Of a stretch of 64,000 nt of DNA, positions 12,880-27,333 are shown piece after piece. The DNA lies in NCBI RefSeq assembly GCF_963921235.1, contig NC_086108.1, forward strand, positions 65,164,001-65,228,000, read 5' to 3'. A model generated the notes under the pieces. It was not told where the DNA came from. It did no database searches and saw only the letters and a list, made by a program, of their open reading frames with translations. Numbering within the stretch: the stretch's first letter is position 1; every line of letters starts with the position of its first letter. The position numbers and the translations under genes are program-made. The stretch is from Mobula hypostoma. Taxonomy: Eukaryota.

Positions 12880-13775
12880 TGGAATGAGAAACAGAGTCAA
12901 TGCTTCAGGTTAGAGACCCTTTGTCACAATTGGAAAGGAGAGGAGAATGGGGATACATCTTATAAGGTAAAACTGCGGTGTCCACAAGAGACCTTAAGAT
13001 GATCTGATCAATGAGCGAATGGGATCAATTAGAATGTGAGAACACAGACAAAAGAACATGGGAGCTGTGAAATACAGAACAGGAATAGAAATCCATCATG
13101 TCAGGCCGGACGTGTCCTCCAAACCCAGAGAAAGAGAGAAAAAAAAGAATATTACAAACGGATGACTGATACAGACAGAGAAGTCAATATTGAGTCCGGA
13201 AGGCTGCTGTATGTCCAGGCAGAAAATAAAGTGCTGTTCCTCTATCTTGAATTGGGCGTCATTGTCAAAGTAAAGGAGGGTATATGCTAATAGTTAGAGT
13301 GGAAGTGGACTGAGAATTAAAATGGCAGGCAATAGGAAATGCAGGGTGCCTTTCTGCTGAATGAATTCAGGTGCTCTGCAAAGCAAACAGCCAATTTGTG
13401 TTTAGTTTCTCAAATGTAGAGACTTCATTTTGAACTCCAAATTTAGTTCACTTGATTGTAAGGACAAGTGAATTGCTGCTTCACCTGAAAAGACTGTTTC
13501 AATCCCTGAATGACCTAAAGAGAAGTGGTGAAAGGAATATGTTGCATTACCTGGAGCTGCAAAAGAAAGTGATGCTACTTTGGTGGGAACTAAAGAATGG
13601 ACAAGGTCCAAGGAAACAGTCCTGGTGAAATGTTGGAAGGGAAAGAGAGGGCATGAGGTATCTAGTAGTGGAATTTTTTTAAATGTTGGTGGAAAATGCA
13701 GAGAATTATCAATTGAATGTGAAGGCATGTGGGACAGAAGGTGAAGTCTAGGGGAATACTATCCTTGTTCTCTCC
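12880..13775 (-). mobile_element. Old Penelope-like element remnant (GIY-YIG region plus terminal repeat)
   Basis: Frameshifted QSFQVKQQFTC...LYI*ETKHKLAVCFAEHL (GIY-YIG-like). A decayed hammerhead-bearing repeat lies at ~12895-12931. Confidence 0.7.
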
Positions 13776-16399
13776 TAATTCTATGAGTCATGAGGTATCT
13801 GATGCTAATGTTAGACGTACAGACTCTAGCACAGATGGGATAATAGATATTTGACAAGCTGGGTGAACAGATAGTATGGGAAGTACCTCCTTTGTGATAC
13901 GTGGCTTCTATGAATATTTTACATCTTCAATGCTATTCTGCATGCTCCTTCTCTGCTTTAAGTGGTAATGGATTGCAATAATCAGTAGAATGTGCAAGGT
14001 GTTACCCTTTTTCAAGGAGGCTTTGAGAAGTCCCCTGTATCACAGTAATTCTGCTGTGCATCTGATAATCTCATGATTGATGGAGCCTGGGAACTTGTCA
14101 ATTGATCTAGGCTCCCCATTAGAATTATCTGGGTGTAATTTTCATCTCAAAACTGGTGATATTCACCTGGGAGAGGACTTTGATAATGGTCTATTTAACC
14201 TGTCAACAGATTTGGAAGAATTGTGCAAAGATGGAGATGTTGGCACCTCTCCATTCCAACTATTTGACATAGAAGCAAATTGACGTTTTTGCTGATGTCA
14301 TAAATATATTTTTCCATTGGCTCTGTGCATTATTTCTAATTGCAGATTTGTATTTTGTTCAACAGTAAATACCAGGATCACTATAAAAATTACTAGCATG
14401 CTAAATGAGAAACTAAGCATAACTTTAGACCTACAAGACAAACTAGAGAATTTTTCATTTAGTGACTGTTTCAGAGACAGAAAGACAAAACAAGCTACTC
14501 TTTATGGAGCATTTAGTTCAACTCTCTTGAAAAAAAATGGGGTTTGTACCTTAAATTGTTAATTACCGAATCTTTCAAACACAATACTTATCTCCTTCTC
14601 CAGCTAATACTTACTGTTTAAGTTCCACAAGTAATATTTTTACAAAATTCCAAATGGTCTAAAGAACTGTCAAGTGTAAACTGCAAAAGTTATTTGGTGT
14701 TAATTGAATCCCTCATAAGGCATTGGTGTTTTCTGGTGTGTTCTAGATGCAGCTACTCAGACCTCCAGGATACAAGTTACTCACTTAGTTGTGCTAGAAG
14801 AGCAAGGTTACAAGGTTTGGATGCAACGTCAAGGACATAGCATCAGATGAACAATAGCTTTTTAAGGTTATGTTTCTAAAAGAAGGGAAAATCATCAAAC
14901 TCAATTCACAGCCTCATCTGCGCCAACAATGCAGATTGTTCTCTGTCTTCGATGCTGTTCAACACCAGTGCCAGAAGTGAAAACCTGGACTATTGACACA
15001 ACATTGCCAGAAATGTTACACGATAACAGAAAGAAGCAGGGGCTGCAGTCAAGAAGGAATGCCATTGGACAAAAAAAAAGAAAAATCTAAATGCTGAGTG
15101 ACTCTTCGTTCCACCTCATTTCAGGGAAAATTAAAAATCAGTGATGTCTAATATATGCTGCAGATATCCACATCCTGAGAATATAATTAAATGAATATAA
15201 AAGCACTTTATAAAAGTATAGTTTTAAAACATAAAAACAAGTAAATATAGATAAATCAATTTAAAGAAGTGTATGTCAGTGTATTTGCACTCTGCCATGG
15301 CCATTTCTCTGCTTTGATATGGCTGGAGCCACGGGTTCAGCGGGCGGATTTTCCACAGTTTTAACTGATGGAAAACTTTCCTATTTTACAGCTGGAATCC
15401 AATGTTAGTGGGGGTGGGGGTGGCAGCAATAGTGTAAACACCAGCAAGAACCTGTAAAGAAGTCTGGGGCTCCGTGTTTTTTTTCCAGTTAGAGATGAAG
15501 GGGAATGCTTGCAGTTCTATGTGGAACTCTTAACATTTTTCAGGTAAATCTAACCTAATATATTATTGCTCCTTAGAAATTCTATACTAAATAAAATGTC
15601 ATATATTTCATTGCCCAAATATGCACACTTATTATGACGTGACTACTATATGTATACTGGTACACTGTAATTGTCTAAATGCGTCAATGAAGGAAACAGA
15701 ATATATTCCAATCCACAGCCCAGCTGTACCCTGGGAGCCTTTTGGAAACAATTCAGTACTTTTGAAGGCAGTGATTGATAATATTTAACTGCCCTGTAAA
15801 TGTGAAAATACTTTTGCAACACATTTTTAGCAGCCGTTGGAGATGTTTGACATTTTATCTGGATTCATGGGAAAATATGTATAATAAATGACTCAAGTGT
15901 CTTGTGAAATATGGCTTAACAAAAAAAAATATTTTGACTTGTTCTAGGCCATATATGGTCAATGGTACTGTATTCTTCATCTTTGCATTTTAAAGTTCTG
16001 TGCAGATTGTTTTTATCTGAATATTTTTGGAGAACATAGCTGGCCTAGTTATGAAACCTGAGAAGATTTTTGTTACATTTTGGAATATTAAAAAAATAAC
16101 GTAACACCAAATTTGCTGCAACAATGCAGAAATAAACTACATGAAGAATCTTTTAAAAATCGTTATTGCCACTTTAATTGTCTGAAAATAGAACATTCCA
16201 AGCTTAAAAGCAACTTGCTCAGCTGGAAACATTTCATGTTCTTCCATACAAGAACATGGATAGGCAAATTAAGAACAAATTTGTATTCTCAAATGATTTT
16301 GACTTGTTAGTCTAAAGTAAAAGTTAATGAAAATATTGTTTAAATATTACCATCAAGCAATACAGTGGTGTTTTGGGAGCAGAAGAATGATATTACACT

Positions 16400-17298
16400 A
16401 AACACTTATGGTCCAGTGAAACTTTCATTCTATCGTTCTCAATGAGCCAGCAGACGAAATTCAGTTCAACAAGGAATTTAGAGACATACAGGCTTATCCA
16501 GAGCATGTCACATCTGGTCAGTAATAGTGGTGGACCATTAAACAAAAAGGCTTGAAGTACATCTCCATCCTCAGTGAAAGCAGAGAGGAGAAAAGTTTGG
16601 ACAAAAGAAGAGATGAAGATATTTGCAATAAATTTAGAGCCAGAAATGCTGGGTGTGCAATCCAAAAATGGCAAGTAACATTTGTACCCCCAAAGTGCCA
16701 GGCCTTTTCCGACAAGACAGGGTGCAATTCCTACTTTTAACATTAAAGCCAACACTGAGTTCAGCAAATCATCAACATCCCAATGGTCACTATTAACAGG
16801 AGCAGACATAATAAATTATGATTTCAGTTGAAGATGGGTACCTTGTGAGAAGTACTCATCTATCAACCCAACAACATTTGTACTACCTACATGGAACAAA
16901 GTCAGGAAGATAATGGTGTACTTCCCACTAACCAAGATGAAAACAACTCCAATGAAAAGCTCAACTTGTTCCACTTGGTAACTCAGGCACCATCTTAAAC
17001 ATTAACTCCCCTCAGCACAAGTGCACTTTGGATGCAGTGTATATCATCTACAAGATGCATTGTAGTTACTTGCTAAGACTACTCTGATAGAACTTCTAAA
17101 CACTGATCTCACCACTGAGTAGAACAAGAGCAGCAGTTATTTGGAGGCATCACCATCAGCAGGTTGCGCTTTCAGTCACGCGCCCTGTGGAAAGACCCTG
17201 TCAGGAAGGCCAGCAGCTGTTCGAGAAGACAAAAAGCTCCCACCTTCTCAAGGCATCATGGGATGGACAATAAATGCTGGCCTTACCATTGATATCCA
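16400..17298 (+). mobile_element. Ancient CR1-clade LINE remnant (a second family), including its 3' UTR
   Basis: Similar to 63000-63290. Ends CACCTTCTCAAGG...GGGATGGACAATAAATGCTGGCC. Confidence 0.6.
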
Positions 17299-18192
17299 AA
17301 CTGGATTTTACTAAGTGAGCATGCTGCAGGCAGAAAATATACATCTCGGGATCAAACTTAGTTGGTGTTGCAAAGTTCAGCATCTTTATCTTCAGTAGAT
17401 TATAAAATAGTTGCTTTTTGTTTCCAAAATTTACATGCAGCTACAAACCATGCGACATTCAAATGATATCAAGGCAAAATTTATATGTATCTGACCTAGA
17501 AAAATACCGGTGATTTCATTATTTCCATATTTTTCCCAGTGTGTTTCCTGATTATTGATATTGCTTACCCATTACTGCCATGGTTGATTAAATTCTTGCC
17601 CAAGGGGAATCTGAACACATCCCTTCCTCAACAATGAAGCATTCAGCTATCATCCGTACAGTGCAAGGATGACGTTAAACGATACCTTTGTCTGACAAAA
17701 AAAAACACAACAGTGAAACGTTTAAATAGTGCAATATCTTAAATAGTTCCCTTTTCCATGTAGTGGCTATATAATGAGCTGTCCACATCTATGACTGACA
17801 TTACCGGTTTCATCTCTGTAGTATTAACAGTTGTTCAGAATATGATTGCACCCAAACATCATGCACATTAGGTCTCTAAACATTAGCACAGTGAATAGCA
17901 CATGGAAATTTCTAAGATGGGAAAAATCTAATGCCACAAATCTAAGGACCCCAACGTTGTTCCATGCTATGATATATGGTCCTGTGGCATATGTAGATGA
18001 AAGGATAAATGAGCTGCTGTCTTGATTGTTACCAAAAATAATATTCAAGACAGAATACACTGTTGAAAGAAAAGATAAACAAATATGAGTGGCCCTTCAA
18101 ATGTCAATGAAAATCAGATTTAATTTATAAGTTACTTTAGCCCTGATGACTGATCGAACTGATTGTATTTCTCTCCATGTATTCTACCAAAC

Positions 18193-18250
18193 CTGGCAAG
18201 TATTTCCAACGCAATATCTTGAAAATCTTTAAATTTGTGCTTTGCCGTTT
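18193..18250 (-). CDS. Candidate 58-nt internal exon of an unidentified host gene
   Basis: Acceptor TTTTCTTCCTTATCCAG and donor CAG|GTTTGG. Open in two frames (KRQSTNLKIFKILRWKYLP or ETAKHKFKDFQDIALEILAR), in non-repetitive DNA. Confidence 0.35.
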
Positions 18251-18869
18251 CTGGATAAGGAAGAAAACTTAAACTTCTTATACCATACAGAAAAATTACA
18301 TTTCTCCAGGCACTTATATTGCTAAGACAAATAACTGTGGGAAACAAAGCTACTGAAAAATGAATCTTCCACAACACCGTATACATGAAGTCAACGGGAA
18401 TCATGATATATATTCCAGTCACAAATGTAAATGTTTCACTACGTTGCTGTTGCTGTCCTATGAAATTCTGCAGTCTTTTCAATTGGGTCTACTGGGGGCT
18501 TACCAAAACTGCTGGGAAAACTTGGTGCAACTGCACTTAATATAAAATTTTAAGGGTCATAACTGCAACAATATATATTACCTAGGACAAAAGGCAAGAA
18601 TTTGTTAAAAGATAATTCCATCTCCTTCAAATATTATATGCAGCAGATAGTGTCAAGTAACTAACAGTGGAAAAATTGTGCTCGAAAAAGGCAGGTGATG
18701 GAGTACCATAACCCTGTGCAGTGACTGGGAAGGTGACATTTGCACACTGAGTGCAATGAAGGATAATCTTTTTATCTGTATGGGACACCACATGGCAGTC
18801 AGAGCCAAGACTGTGTACAATAAATGACTAGCTTGGCAAAGGAAATAGAAACAAAATGGCATACTTCAG

Positions 18870-18975
18870 TAATACACTCAGAATACTGGAGGCACTCAAA
18901 CAGGTCAGGCAACGTCTATGGAGAGGGACAAAGAGTCAGAATTTCAGGCTGAGACCCTTCATTCATGAAAGGGGC
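18870..18975 (-). mobile_element. Penelope terminal-repeat remnant
   Basis: Matches 59523-59615, with a decayed hammerhead motif at 18934-18964. Confidence 0.65.
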
Positions 18976-18984
18976 TGGTGCACA

Positions 18985-19640
18985 AGCTACTGTTTTCATC
19001 AATGTTGCTGAGGTTGACAGGGTTGGAAGTTTCAATTTCCTAAGAGGGATCATCTGCAAAAGCCTGTGATCCATTCACATAGACACAACAGCCAAGGAAG
19101 TATTCTAATACCTCAAATTCCTCAGGAGGCTAGAGAAATTTGACATGTGCCCATTGACCCTTACCAATTTTTATCGATGCACCATAGAAAGCATCCTGTC
19201 CAGATTCATCATGGCTTAATATGGCAACTGCTCTGCCTGAGACCATGAGAAACTGCAGAGAATTTTGGAAACTGACCTTCCCTCCATGAACACTGTCTGC
19301 ACTTTTTGCTGCCTTGGTAAAGCGGTCAGCATAATCAAAGACCGCACCCACCCCAGACGTTTTCTCTTCTCCACCCCCCCACCTCCCCCATCAGACAGAA
19401 GATACAAGGGCTGAAAGCATGTACCACCAGGCTGAAGGACAGCTTCTATCCCACTGTTATAAGGCTATTGAATGGTCCCCTAGAATGATAAGTTGGATTC
19501 TTGACCTCAGAATCTAACTTTTTATGAGCTTACACCTTATTGTTTGCTCCACTGTGCTGTTTCTGCATCCTGCTATTGTTTGGATGACATTCAAAATCAA
19601 GTTTTCACTGTAGCTCAGTATATGCTCCAATAAGAAATCA
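18985..19640 (+). mobile_element. Rex1/Babar 3' fragment
   Basis: Remnants LRRLEKFDMCPLTLTNFYRCTIESIL and IIKDRTHP. Confidence 0.85.
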
Positions 19641-20324
19641 ATTTACCAATTGATTGGTAAATCGCATGGACACACTCAAACATGTCAGTTCACATTATCA
19701 TACCTTTAATTATATTCATTTATAAACTTAACTGAATGAAACAGTTACTTACTGATACATGGAACTGATACAGTGGATAGCTATGTTGCTGTCTCCCACA
19801 ACCTTGCCAAACATATTAATTTACTGATCACCTTTGTCAAGATTTGTTATTATTGAATGCTTATGAAACTGAATATATTCATCATGTTGAGCTGCGCATC
19901 AGTCAAATGTTTAATCAATTTTGTAATTAACAATTGATTGATGTTACAGGTAATCCCATTGCTATCCTGAACTGGTGCAAGGAAAATGGATTGAAAGGGT
20001 TGTTTTTGACTTTCACCAACAATCCTCTGCCTTCGTTATGGCTTAGCAGCTCTCATGAGACAAATCCGATTGACTTAATGTTGATCTGAAACTTGCAAAA
20101 CTAGCTTATGATTATTAAAACATAGGCTTAGCAGGACTTACAAATATAGTTCATAGACACATGTTCCATTATGATGTAAACTCAACTCATTCATGTTTCT
20201 TTTGCAACCTCGTATGATTTCAATGGTGGAATTATAAAGACATAGCAACTTCTTATTTTACTTCCTAACTAAAATGTTAGTCAATTTGGATTGCTTGTTA
20301 TTTCCTGGCATTGCAAATTACAGT

Positions 20325-20720
20325 TGGCAAATTGGTTTATGGTTGTCATGTACTGAGGTACAATGGAGAACTTACAGTTAAAAGAAAGGCAGACAACAAG
20401 GTGTTAGACCATAAGAAAATGGATTGTGAGTTTAAGAGTCTATCTTATTGTAATAGGGAACCGCTCAGAATTGTTATAATAGCAGGATAGAAGCTGTCCT
20501 TGATTTGGTGGTATATGCTTTCAGGCTTTTGTATCTTCTGTCCATTTGGGGGGGGGGGAAGGATATGTGCGGAGACAAAGAGAGCATGTCTGGAGTGGGT
20601 GGGGCCTTTGATTATTCTGACTGCCTCAGTGAGGAAGTGACAAGTGTAGACTGAGTCCATGGTGCAGAGGCAGATTTCCATGCTGTACTGTGCTGTGTCC
20701 ACAACTCTCTGATGTCCTTT
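20325..20720 (-). mobile_element. Rex1/Babar 3' fragment
   Basis: ORF 20445-20702 contains AVRIIKGPTH...KDSFYPAII. Confidence 0.8.
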
Positions 20721-21369
20721 TTATGCTCGACGAGTACCTTTTTTTTACTTCCTTTTGTTGATCAGCTCTTCTTATTCTGGAGGATTTCCAAATCTTAAGC
20801 AATTACAATTGTTTTTTAGTGAACTAAAAAGTTTAATATTTGACTAACAGGAGGAAGATTGGAAGAACAAAACAGTTCAAAACTAAAGTCAAATAGTACT
20901 TCAAAATTTGCCAACAAAAATTAATAACAGAAGACAGAACAAAAACAGTTGGAAAAATCATGCTTTGTGCATATCTGACTTTCCGGAGCAGAATCAGATT
21001 TTCCAGACCCTCGGGACATGTTCCACTTCAGTATCACTAGCCTCAATGATTAGAGATGTTTCCTAGTGTTTCATAAGGATGGAAGGGTTGTTTTAAAAAA
21101 TACGTAATTGAGAATATATTAGCACAGTTAAACTTCTTCAGTTTAAAACAGCATAAGTGTAGAATTAAAATTAATTTTATATAGGAATTGCATATACAAA
21201 TAAAGCACTGGACATGTGCAGTATTTTATGTTTTTATGTGTTAATGATCATGTTAAATAGTTTTGTAAGTTTCAGTTTGTATATGAACTAATACCAGAAT
21301 TTCCTGCATAATAAATACAACGTAAAATGAATCAAAATAAAGGGATGTATGAGGGAGACATGACCAGCT

Positions 21370-21825
21370 TGTCCCTTCCTCGCAGTATTCCAACAAAGAT
21401 CGACATAAACTTGAGGAATGGTGTTACAGTTCTGAGTGAGCAAGTTACAGCCATTCAATTTCAAATGTGAGCTCAATAATTTCAGCAAATCAACATCTTT
21501 ATTTCACATTCCAGCATTCACTCTATGTGTGTGGTAAGCTAACATAATGATTCTGCAATACCATGTGCTCCAGGATGATCCTTTATTGCTTTCATTATCC
21601 CATTACCCTCTTTTTTAATTTGCACAATCATCTCTTTTGTTATTTACCCTCTCCTGCGTGATGCTCTCTAATTGTTCTCTATTCCACACCAATTTTTTGC
21701 ATCATAAAACATGTTTAATCTCTAACTTTTCTCAGTTCTTAAGATCATCAGTCTGAAACATTAGTTGCTTCAGCCTGAGTATGTCTAGCATTTTCTGTTC
21801 TTATTTCAGATAGTCAGCATCTACC
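21370..21825 (+). mobile_element. Very old Penelope-like 3' remnant
   Basis: Weak similarity to 59700-59810, followed by a pyrimidine tract and a terminal-repeat-like end. Confidence 0.45.
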
Positions 21826-21944
21826 GTGATCAAAACTGTGGAGGTTTAGGCATAATATTTCAAGCTGATTTAGACATTTAGATGTTGCTGAGGGAATGGA
21901 AGGATTACAAATGTTATATCTTGTTCAAAATGTTATGTGTTGTA

Positions 21945-22574
21945 GGAGGAGGGAGGACAAGGTGGCAGCGCAACGCAGCACGCGCGGCCATTCTGAATGA
22001 TATCATATGTGTAACTAGGGACTGTGCACAATCTGGATTTGATGGAGACAGCCATAAGAAACGCAGAGGAACATCTGGAGTAACTTCTGAAATGTCTGCT
22101 TTGCTACCACTGCTACTGTGCGATCGAGAATCTCCGGAGACGAAGGACCCAAATTCTCGGCTTTACGTATTGCCTGTTGCCGGGGCTGGGGTCGAAGCAC
22201 TCGGCGGAGATGGTGCTTGGAGGCTCGGAGTTTTTCGGATGGACTCGGAGTCGGACTGTGGTCAGATGCTTCTGGGATGCTGCACCGGCAAGTTGGCGGC
22301 ACTGGAGGTTTACCGTCTGCCTGAGATGATGGGACTTTCGAGAGACTTTGAGACTTTTACTGCGCCATGGTCTGTTCTTATCAAATTATTGTATTGCTTT
22401 GCACTGTTGTAACTATATGTTATAATTATGTGGTTTTTGTTAGTTTTTAAGTCGGTTTGTCATGTGTTTTTCGTGATATCATTCTGGAAAAACATATTAT
22501 CATTCCTTAATGCGTGCATTACTAAATGACAATAAAAGGGGATTGCATGTCCTCATAATCATAATAATCATAAT
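21945..22574 (+). mobile_element. Family A non-coding retroposon, copy 2
   Basis: Colinear with the other copies; GACAATAAA plus a (CATAAT)n tail. Confidence 0.85.
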
Positions 22575-24002
22575 AAAATTTACAGAAAAATATACCCAAC
22601 AAATTCTGATAAGCCGGCTGTTGGGAAACCATGGGAAAAGGCAATTTGGTCAAAATAACCTGTCAATTATGAATTAATTGTGGAAAACTAAACATTTCTT
22701 AAAAGGCAAATCATGCTGATATTGTGCACATGGACTTTCAAAAGAAGTTTGATAAAATAGGATATAACGGGTTTATCAGCAAAACTGAAGCCACTGGAAT
22801 AAAAGAGGTAATAAAAGCATAACATGAGTAACATGAAACTTCTCCAGAAACACTTCCACTCATTTCCCTTCTGAGCAACTATGATTTTCCCCTCAGTAAA
22901 CACCAAGAAGAAATATGCATTAGACATCCCACTCTCCTGTGGCTTGAGTCACAGATGGTCTGTAAGGGAACCTACTCTGTCCATAGTCAAAATGTTCCTC
23001 TTCATATATCTAAACAATCTCTTCAAATTTTTCTTAATCTTACCTACCAAACCTAACTCAGAACTCGCTTTTCCTTCCCGATTTCCCTATTAAGTGTATT
23101 TGTAATCTTTTTATAGTTTTCAAGGGATTCACTTGTCCATGACCTCTTCAGGCTCATGTCTGCGTCCTTTTGTTTCTTGACCAGAGCTTTAATATCTCTC
23201 ATCAGCCAAGGTTCCCTAAACTTGCCTGCAAGTCATGATAAATTATAACAAAACATGATATTAGCTGCTTTTTAAAAATGTTATTAAGTGTTCATTATAA
23301 GCACCTGCTATGTATGTTCAGAATATTTTGTCTATACAAGGAGCAGTCAGGTAGGAAGAGGTCATTAATGATAAGATTTCTTCTTATAAGGGAAATGCTA
23401 TCAAGATGGAGGATGTGGGAATGTGTAGACCCATGATTCTTTTTAACTCATTGCCAGTGATCTTTGATATTGATTATTTAGTGCCTTATTAACACACTCA
23501 ATAAATTCCCTAAAGCACAAGCCTAGGTCACTGAAAACTGCCATGTTGTCTAAGTAAAATATTTTATTACTTGTCTCGTAAGGTAAGTGTTCTTTACACA
23601 CAGAGATATCCGAGAGATGACTGAACACACAGTATAGCTTCCACATGGCACCTCACAGTTCTGATTACAATAACAACAATGAAAACAGCACGACAGATAA
23701 GTCCAATCTGGAGAACAGAAAGTTGCAATAAAAGTGATACATTATTTGATAGGTCAGCAATTCATGGTTATTTTCATTACACACTCCACGCAATATGGCT
23801 AAGATTATTAGAATTTTATAAAGACATTGTCATTGGTTTTGATATCAGCAGTAGTGGTTATTACTAGTGCCGTACCGTGATCTTTGATTACTGAATTCAA
23901 CATCATTACAATATAAAAAAATACACATTTTCTGCAATGATTTTCATTATGCTGTTGAGGTTGTTTTGAAGAATCAAAAGTCTTATTGTATCCTCCAGAT
24001 TA

Positions 24003-25001
24003 CACTGGACAACAAAGATTTTGCTTCCTGAATACCTTTAGGTGTATCTAATGAATTTTGGGAAACTGATCATGAAAATCACCATGAAATTTCCCTATCA
24101 TGCACCATTTTTTGAAATCACTTATGTTTATTATTTCAATTCATAATTCAAGTCAATTAAAATGTTGCTCACAATGTAAGCTGGAAAGTTTCCTATCTTG
24201 TCTAGGCATGCTTGGGCGGTGTGGCTGCTGCATGGCAGGACAGGTCTTAATAATAATTATTGGGTTCAGGACTGTAAGGATGGAATTTGCTATCACCAGG
24301 CACAAAAATTTCTATGAAGGATTTTGATATTTGAGACAGATGCTTCCCAGAATAATTGATACCAAGATTAAGGAATGCATTTTTGTTGGTCCACAAATCA
24401 AACAGGTCATTAATGACAGGCAATTTGAAGAATTTCTAGTGGGACCAGAGAAAATCACATGGAAGGTATTCAAGGAAGTTGTTGAAATTTTTCTCGGCAT
24501 CTACAGAGCACCAAACTACATGCAGCTGGTTGAAAGCATGCTTCAAGCATATAAAACCATGAAATACAACATGTCACTAAAGATTCATTTTCTGCATTCC
24601 CATTTAGACTACTTCCCTGCAAATCTTGGTGCTGTTAGTTAGGGACGAGCATGGTGAAAGGTTTCACCAGGACATTGTGGTCATGGAGAAAAGATATCAG
24701 GGCAACTGGAATCCATCAATGCTGGCGAACTATTGTTGGACACTTAAGCAAGAAGCCTTGGACACTGAGTATAAATGAAAATCATTAACAAAATATTTTT
24801 AACTTAGTTAAACTATTGCAAAGCATCAGCACCATTATGCAATTAAACACATATTCAATAAAAGTTCATTTGTTGTTTCTCCAAATTCCTACGTAATACA
24901 AGTAGTCTGAAATTATATTTGTGTTCATCTTCAAGCAGCCTATCATAGGCAAAAATAAATTCCGAGGAAGCAACACTTTTGAAAAAAGTTGTTGTCCAAT
25001 G
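24003..25001 (+). mobile_element. Internally deleted DNA transposon with a transposase C-terminal remnant (probably the TcMar-ISRm11-like group)
   Basis: ORF 24331-24642 and the frameshifted sequence after it give FVGPQIK...MSLKIHFLHSHLDYFP...DEHGERFHQDI...RYQG...YCW. TIRs are CACTGGACAAC / GTTGTCCAATG, with TTA on both flanks. Confidence 0.8.
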
Positions 25002-25084
25002 TTATCTTTTAATTATAGTTTCTATATCCACCTAACCATGTCAGGTCATGCTATTTAGACTAAATAAAGCTTCTAACAGGATGA

Positions 25085-26535
25085 ACATAGAACATAGAAC
25101 ATAGAAATCTACAGCACATTACAGGAGCTTCGGCCCACAATGTTGTGCCGACCATATAAACTACTCTAAAAACTGCCTAGAATTACGGTATTGCAAAGCC
25201 CTCTATTTTGCTAAGCTCCATGTACCTATCTAAGAGTCTCTTAAAAGACCCTATTGTATCCACCTCTACTACCTGCACTGGCATACACTCTATGCACACA
25301 CCACTCCCTGTGTGAAAAACTTAACCCTAACATCTCCTCTATACCTACTTCCAAGCACCTTAAAACTATGCCCTCTCATGTTAGTCATTTCAGCCCTGGA
25401 AAAAGGCTTCTGGCTTTCCACAAAATCAGTGCCTCTCATCATCTTATACACCTCTATCAGGTCACCTCTCTTCCTCTGTTGCTCCAAGGAGAAAAGGCCA
25501 AGTTCACTCAATCTATTCTCATAAGGCACACTCTCTAATCCAGGCATCATCCTTGTAAAACTGCCCTGCATTCTTTCTATAGTATCCAAATCCTTCCTGC
25601 AGTGATATGACCAGAACTGAACACAGTACTCCAAGTGGGATCCAATCAAGGTCTTATGTAACTGTAACATTACCTCACGACACTTGAACTCAATCCCATG
25701 GTTGATGAATGCCAACACACCATACACCATCTTAACAACACCGTCATCCTGCACAGCAACTTTGAGTGACCTAGGGACACAGACTCCAAGATCTCTCTGA
25801 TCCTCCACACTGCCACAAATCTTAACATCAATACTATATTCTGCCTTCAAGTTTGACCTACCAAAATGTACAACTTCACACTTATCCGGGTTGAACTTCA
25901 TCTGCCAGTAGTGTGGGGTATATCTCTTCCGGACCTGGTGACTTAACTAACTTAATTTTTTTTAAAAGCTCCAGCACATCCTCTTTCTTAAAGTCTATAT
26001 GCTCAAACATTTCAGTCCGCTGCAAGTCATCCCCACAATTGCCAAGGTCCTTTTCCATAGTGAATACCGAAGCAAAGTATTCGTTAAGTACCTCCGTACC
26101 ACCTCTGACTCCATGCACACGTTTTCACTATCACACTTGAGTGGTCCTATTCTCAGATGGCTCATCCTCTTGCTCTTCACATACTTGTAGAATGCCTTGG
26201 GGTTTTCCCTAATCCTGCTCACCAGACCTTCTCATGGCCCTTTCTACCTCTCCTAATTTCATTCTTATGCTCTTTCCTGGCAACCTTGTAATTTTCTAGA
26301 ACTCTATCAGTAATTAGTTCTTGAACCTTTCGTAAGCTCTTCTTTTCTTCTTGACTAGATTTTCCATGTCCTTTGAACACCATGGTTCCTTTACCCTACC
26401 ATCCTTTCCCTGCCTCAATGGAACATCCCTATGCAGAACACCATGCAAATGTTCCCTGAACATCTGCCACATTTCTACCTTGCACTTCCCTGAGAACATC
26501 TGCTCCCAAGTTCCTGCCTAATAGCATCATATTTC
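25085..26535 (-). mobile_element. CR1 LINE with an internal deletion near 25905
   Basis: ORFs 25290-25901, 25882-26118 and 25995-26222 translate as CR1 ORF2. An (AACATAG)n tail lies at the left end. Confidence 0.93.
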
Positions 26536-27333
26536 CTCCACTGGAAAATTCAGGAATCAAGCTATATAAAGGAGAGACTACCTATCATCATATTTTCACA
26601 GCTTGTTCAAAATAAATAATGTTAGGTTTCAACAAGAATTGTTACTCACTGTGTAGTTAGGCTTTGAGAATCAAAAGTTAAAACTGCAACACATCAGCTG
26701 AAAGACTTTTACAGTATGTACAGGACTATCCAAGTTAATGAATAGGTTCTGGAAACAATGACCAACTTCTGCAACCTTCAGAAATAATTGATAATTTGGT
26801 TGAAATCCAACTGCTATTGTGACTCCTTCAACACAATTGTTTATTCTCTGTCACTGCTCAGTGCCTTGAAGTGTTCCCACATACCCACTATTTCCTTCCT
26901 CAGACAATTCTTGAACTATTTTAGTATATATAATGTCAATGTTTCAAAAACTTGACTGATGCAGTTAAACCGCAGTTAGTTTGGAATGTTCTCTACAGAT
27001 ACCATGTAGGTTTCTAAATAACTTTTGCCATTGTTTACATCGTCCAAGGGAATATAACTAGTAAGTCAACTTGATAAAACTATGGTTTGTTTAATTATTA
27101 TGAGCTTACACCACAGTGTAAGTTCATAATAATTAACTTTTAACAAGTATCATCATAATAAAGTTCAGTATTAATTGCACAATGATGGGTTTTGAGTTCG
27201 AAAATGTAGTTCTGTGGTCTGCTGTCAAATGGAGTCTAGCTTCCTTAGCATTTTAAGACATAACGTCTGGTATAATTATCAAAAAAAAAATACTAGTGTT
27301 TGAGCTTGTGTTGGGTTACACACACAAACTGGA

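Noticed and set aside
13780..14330. Possible RTE LINE remnant on the minus strand (KASLKK-like)
   Set aside because: Too degenerate to support without an alignment.
21882..22412. 176-aa ORF (also 37477-37920 and 62162-62635) as a host gene
   Set aside because: These lie in family A repeats, and the reading frames are not maintained between copies.
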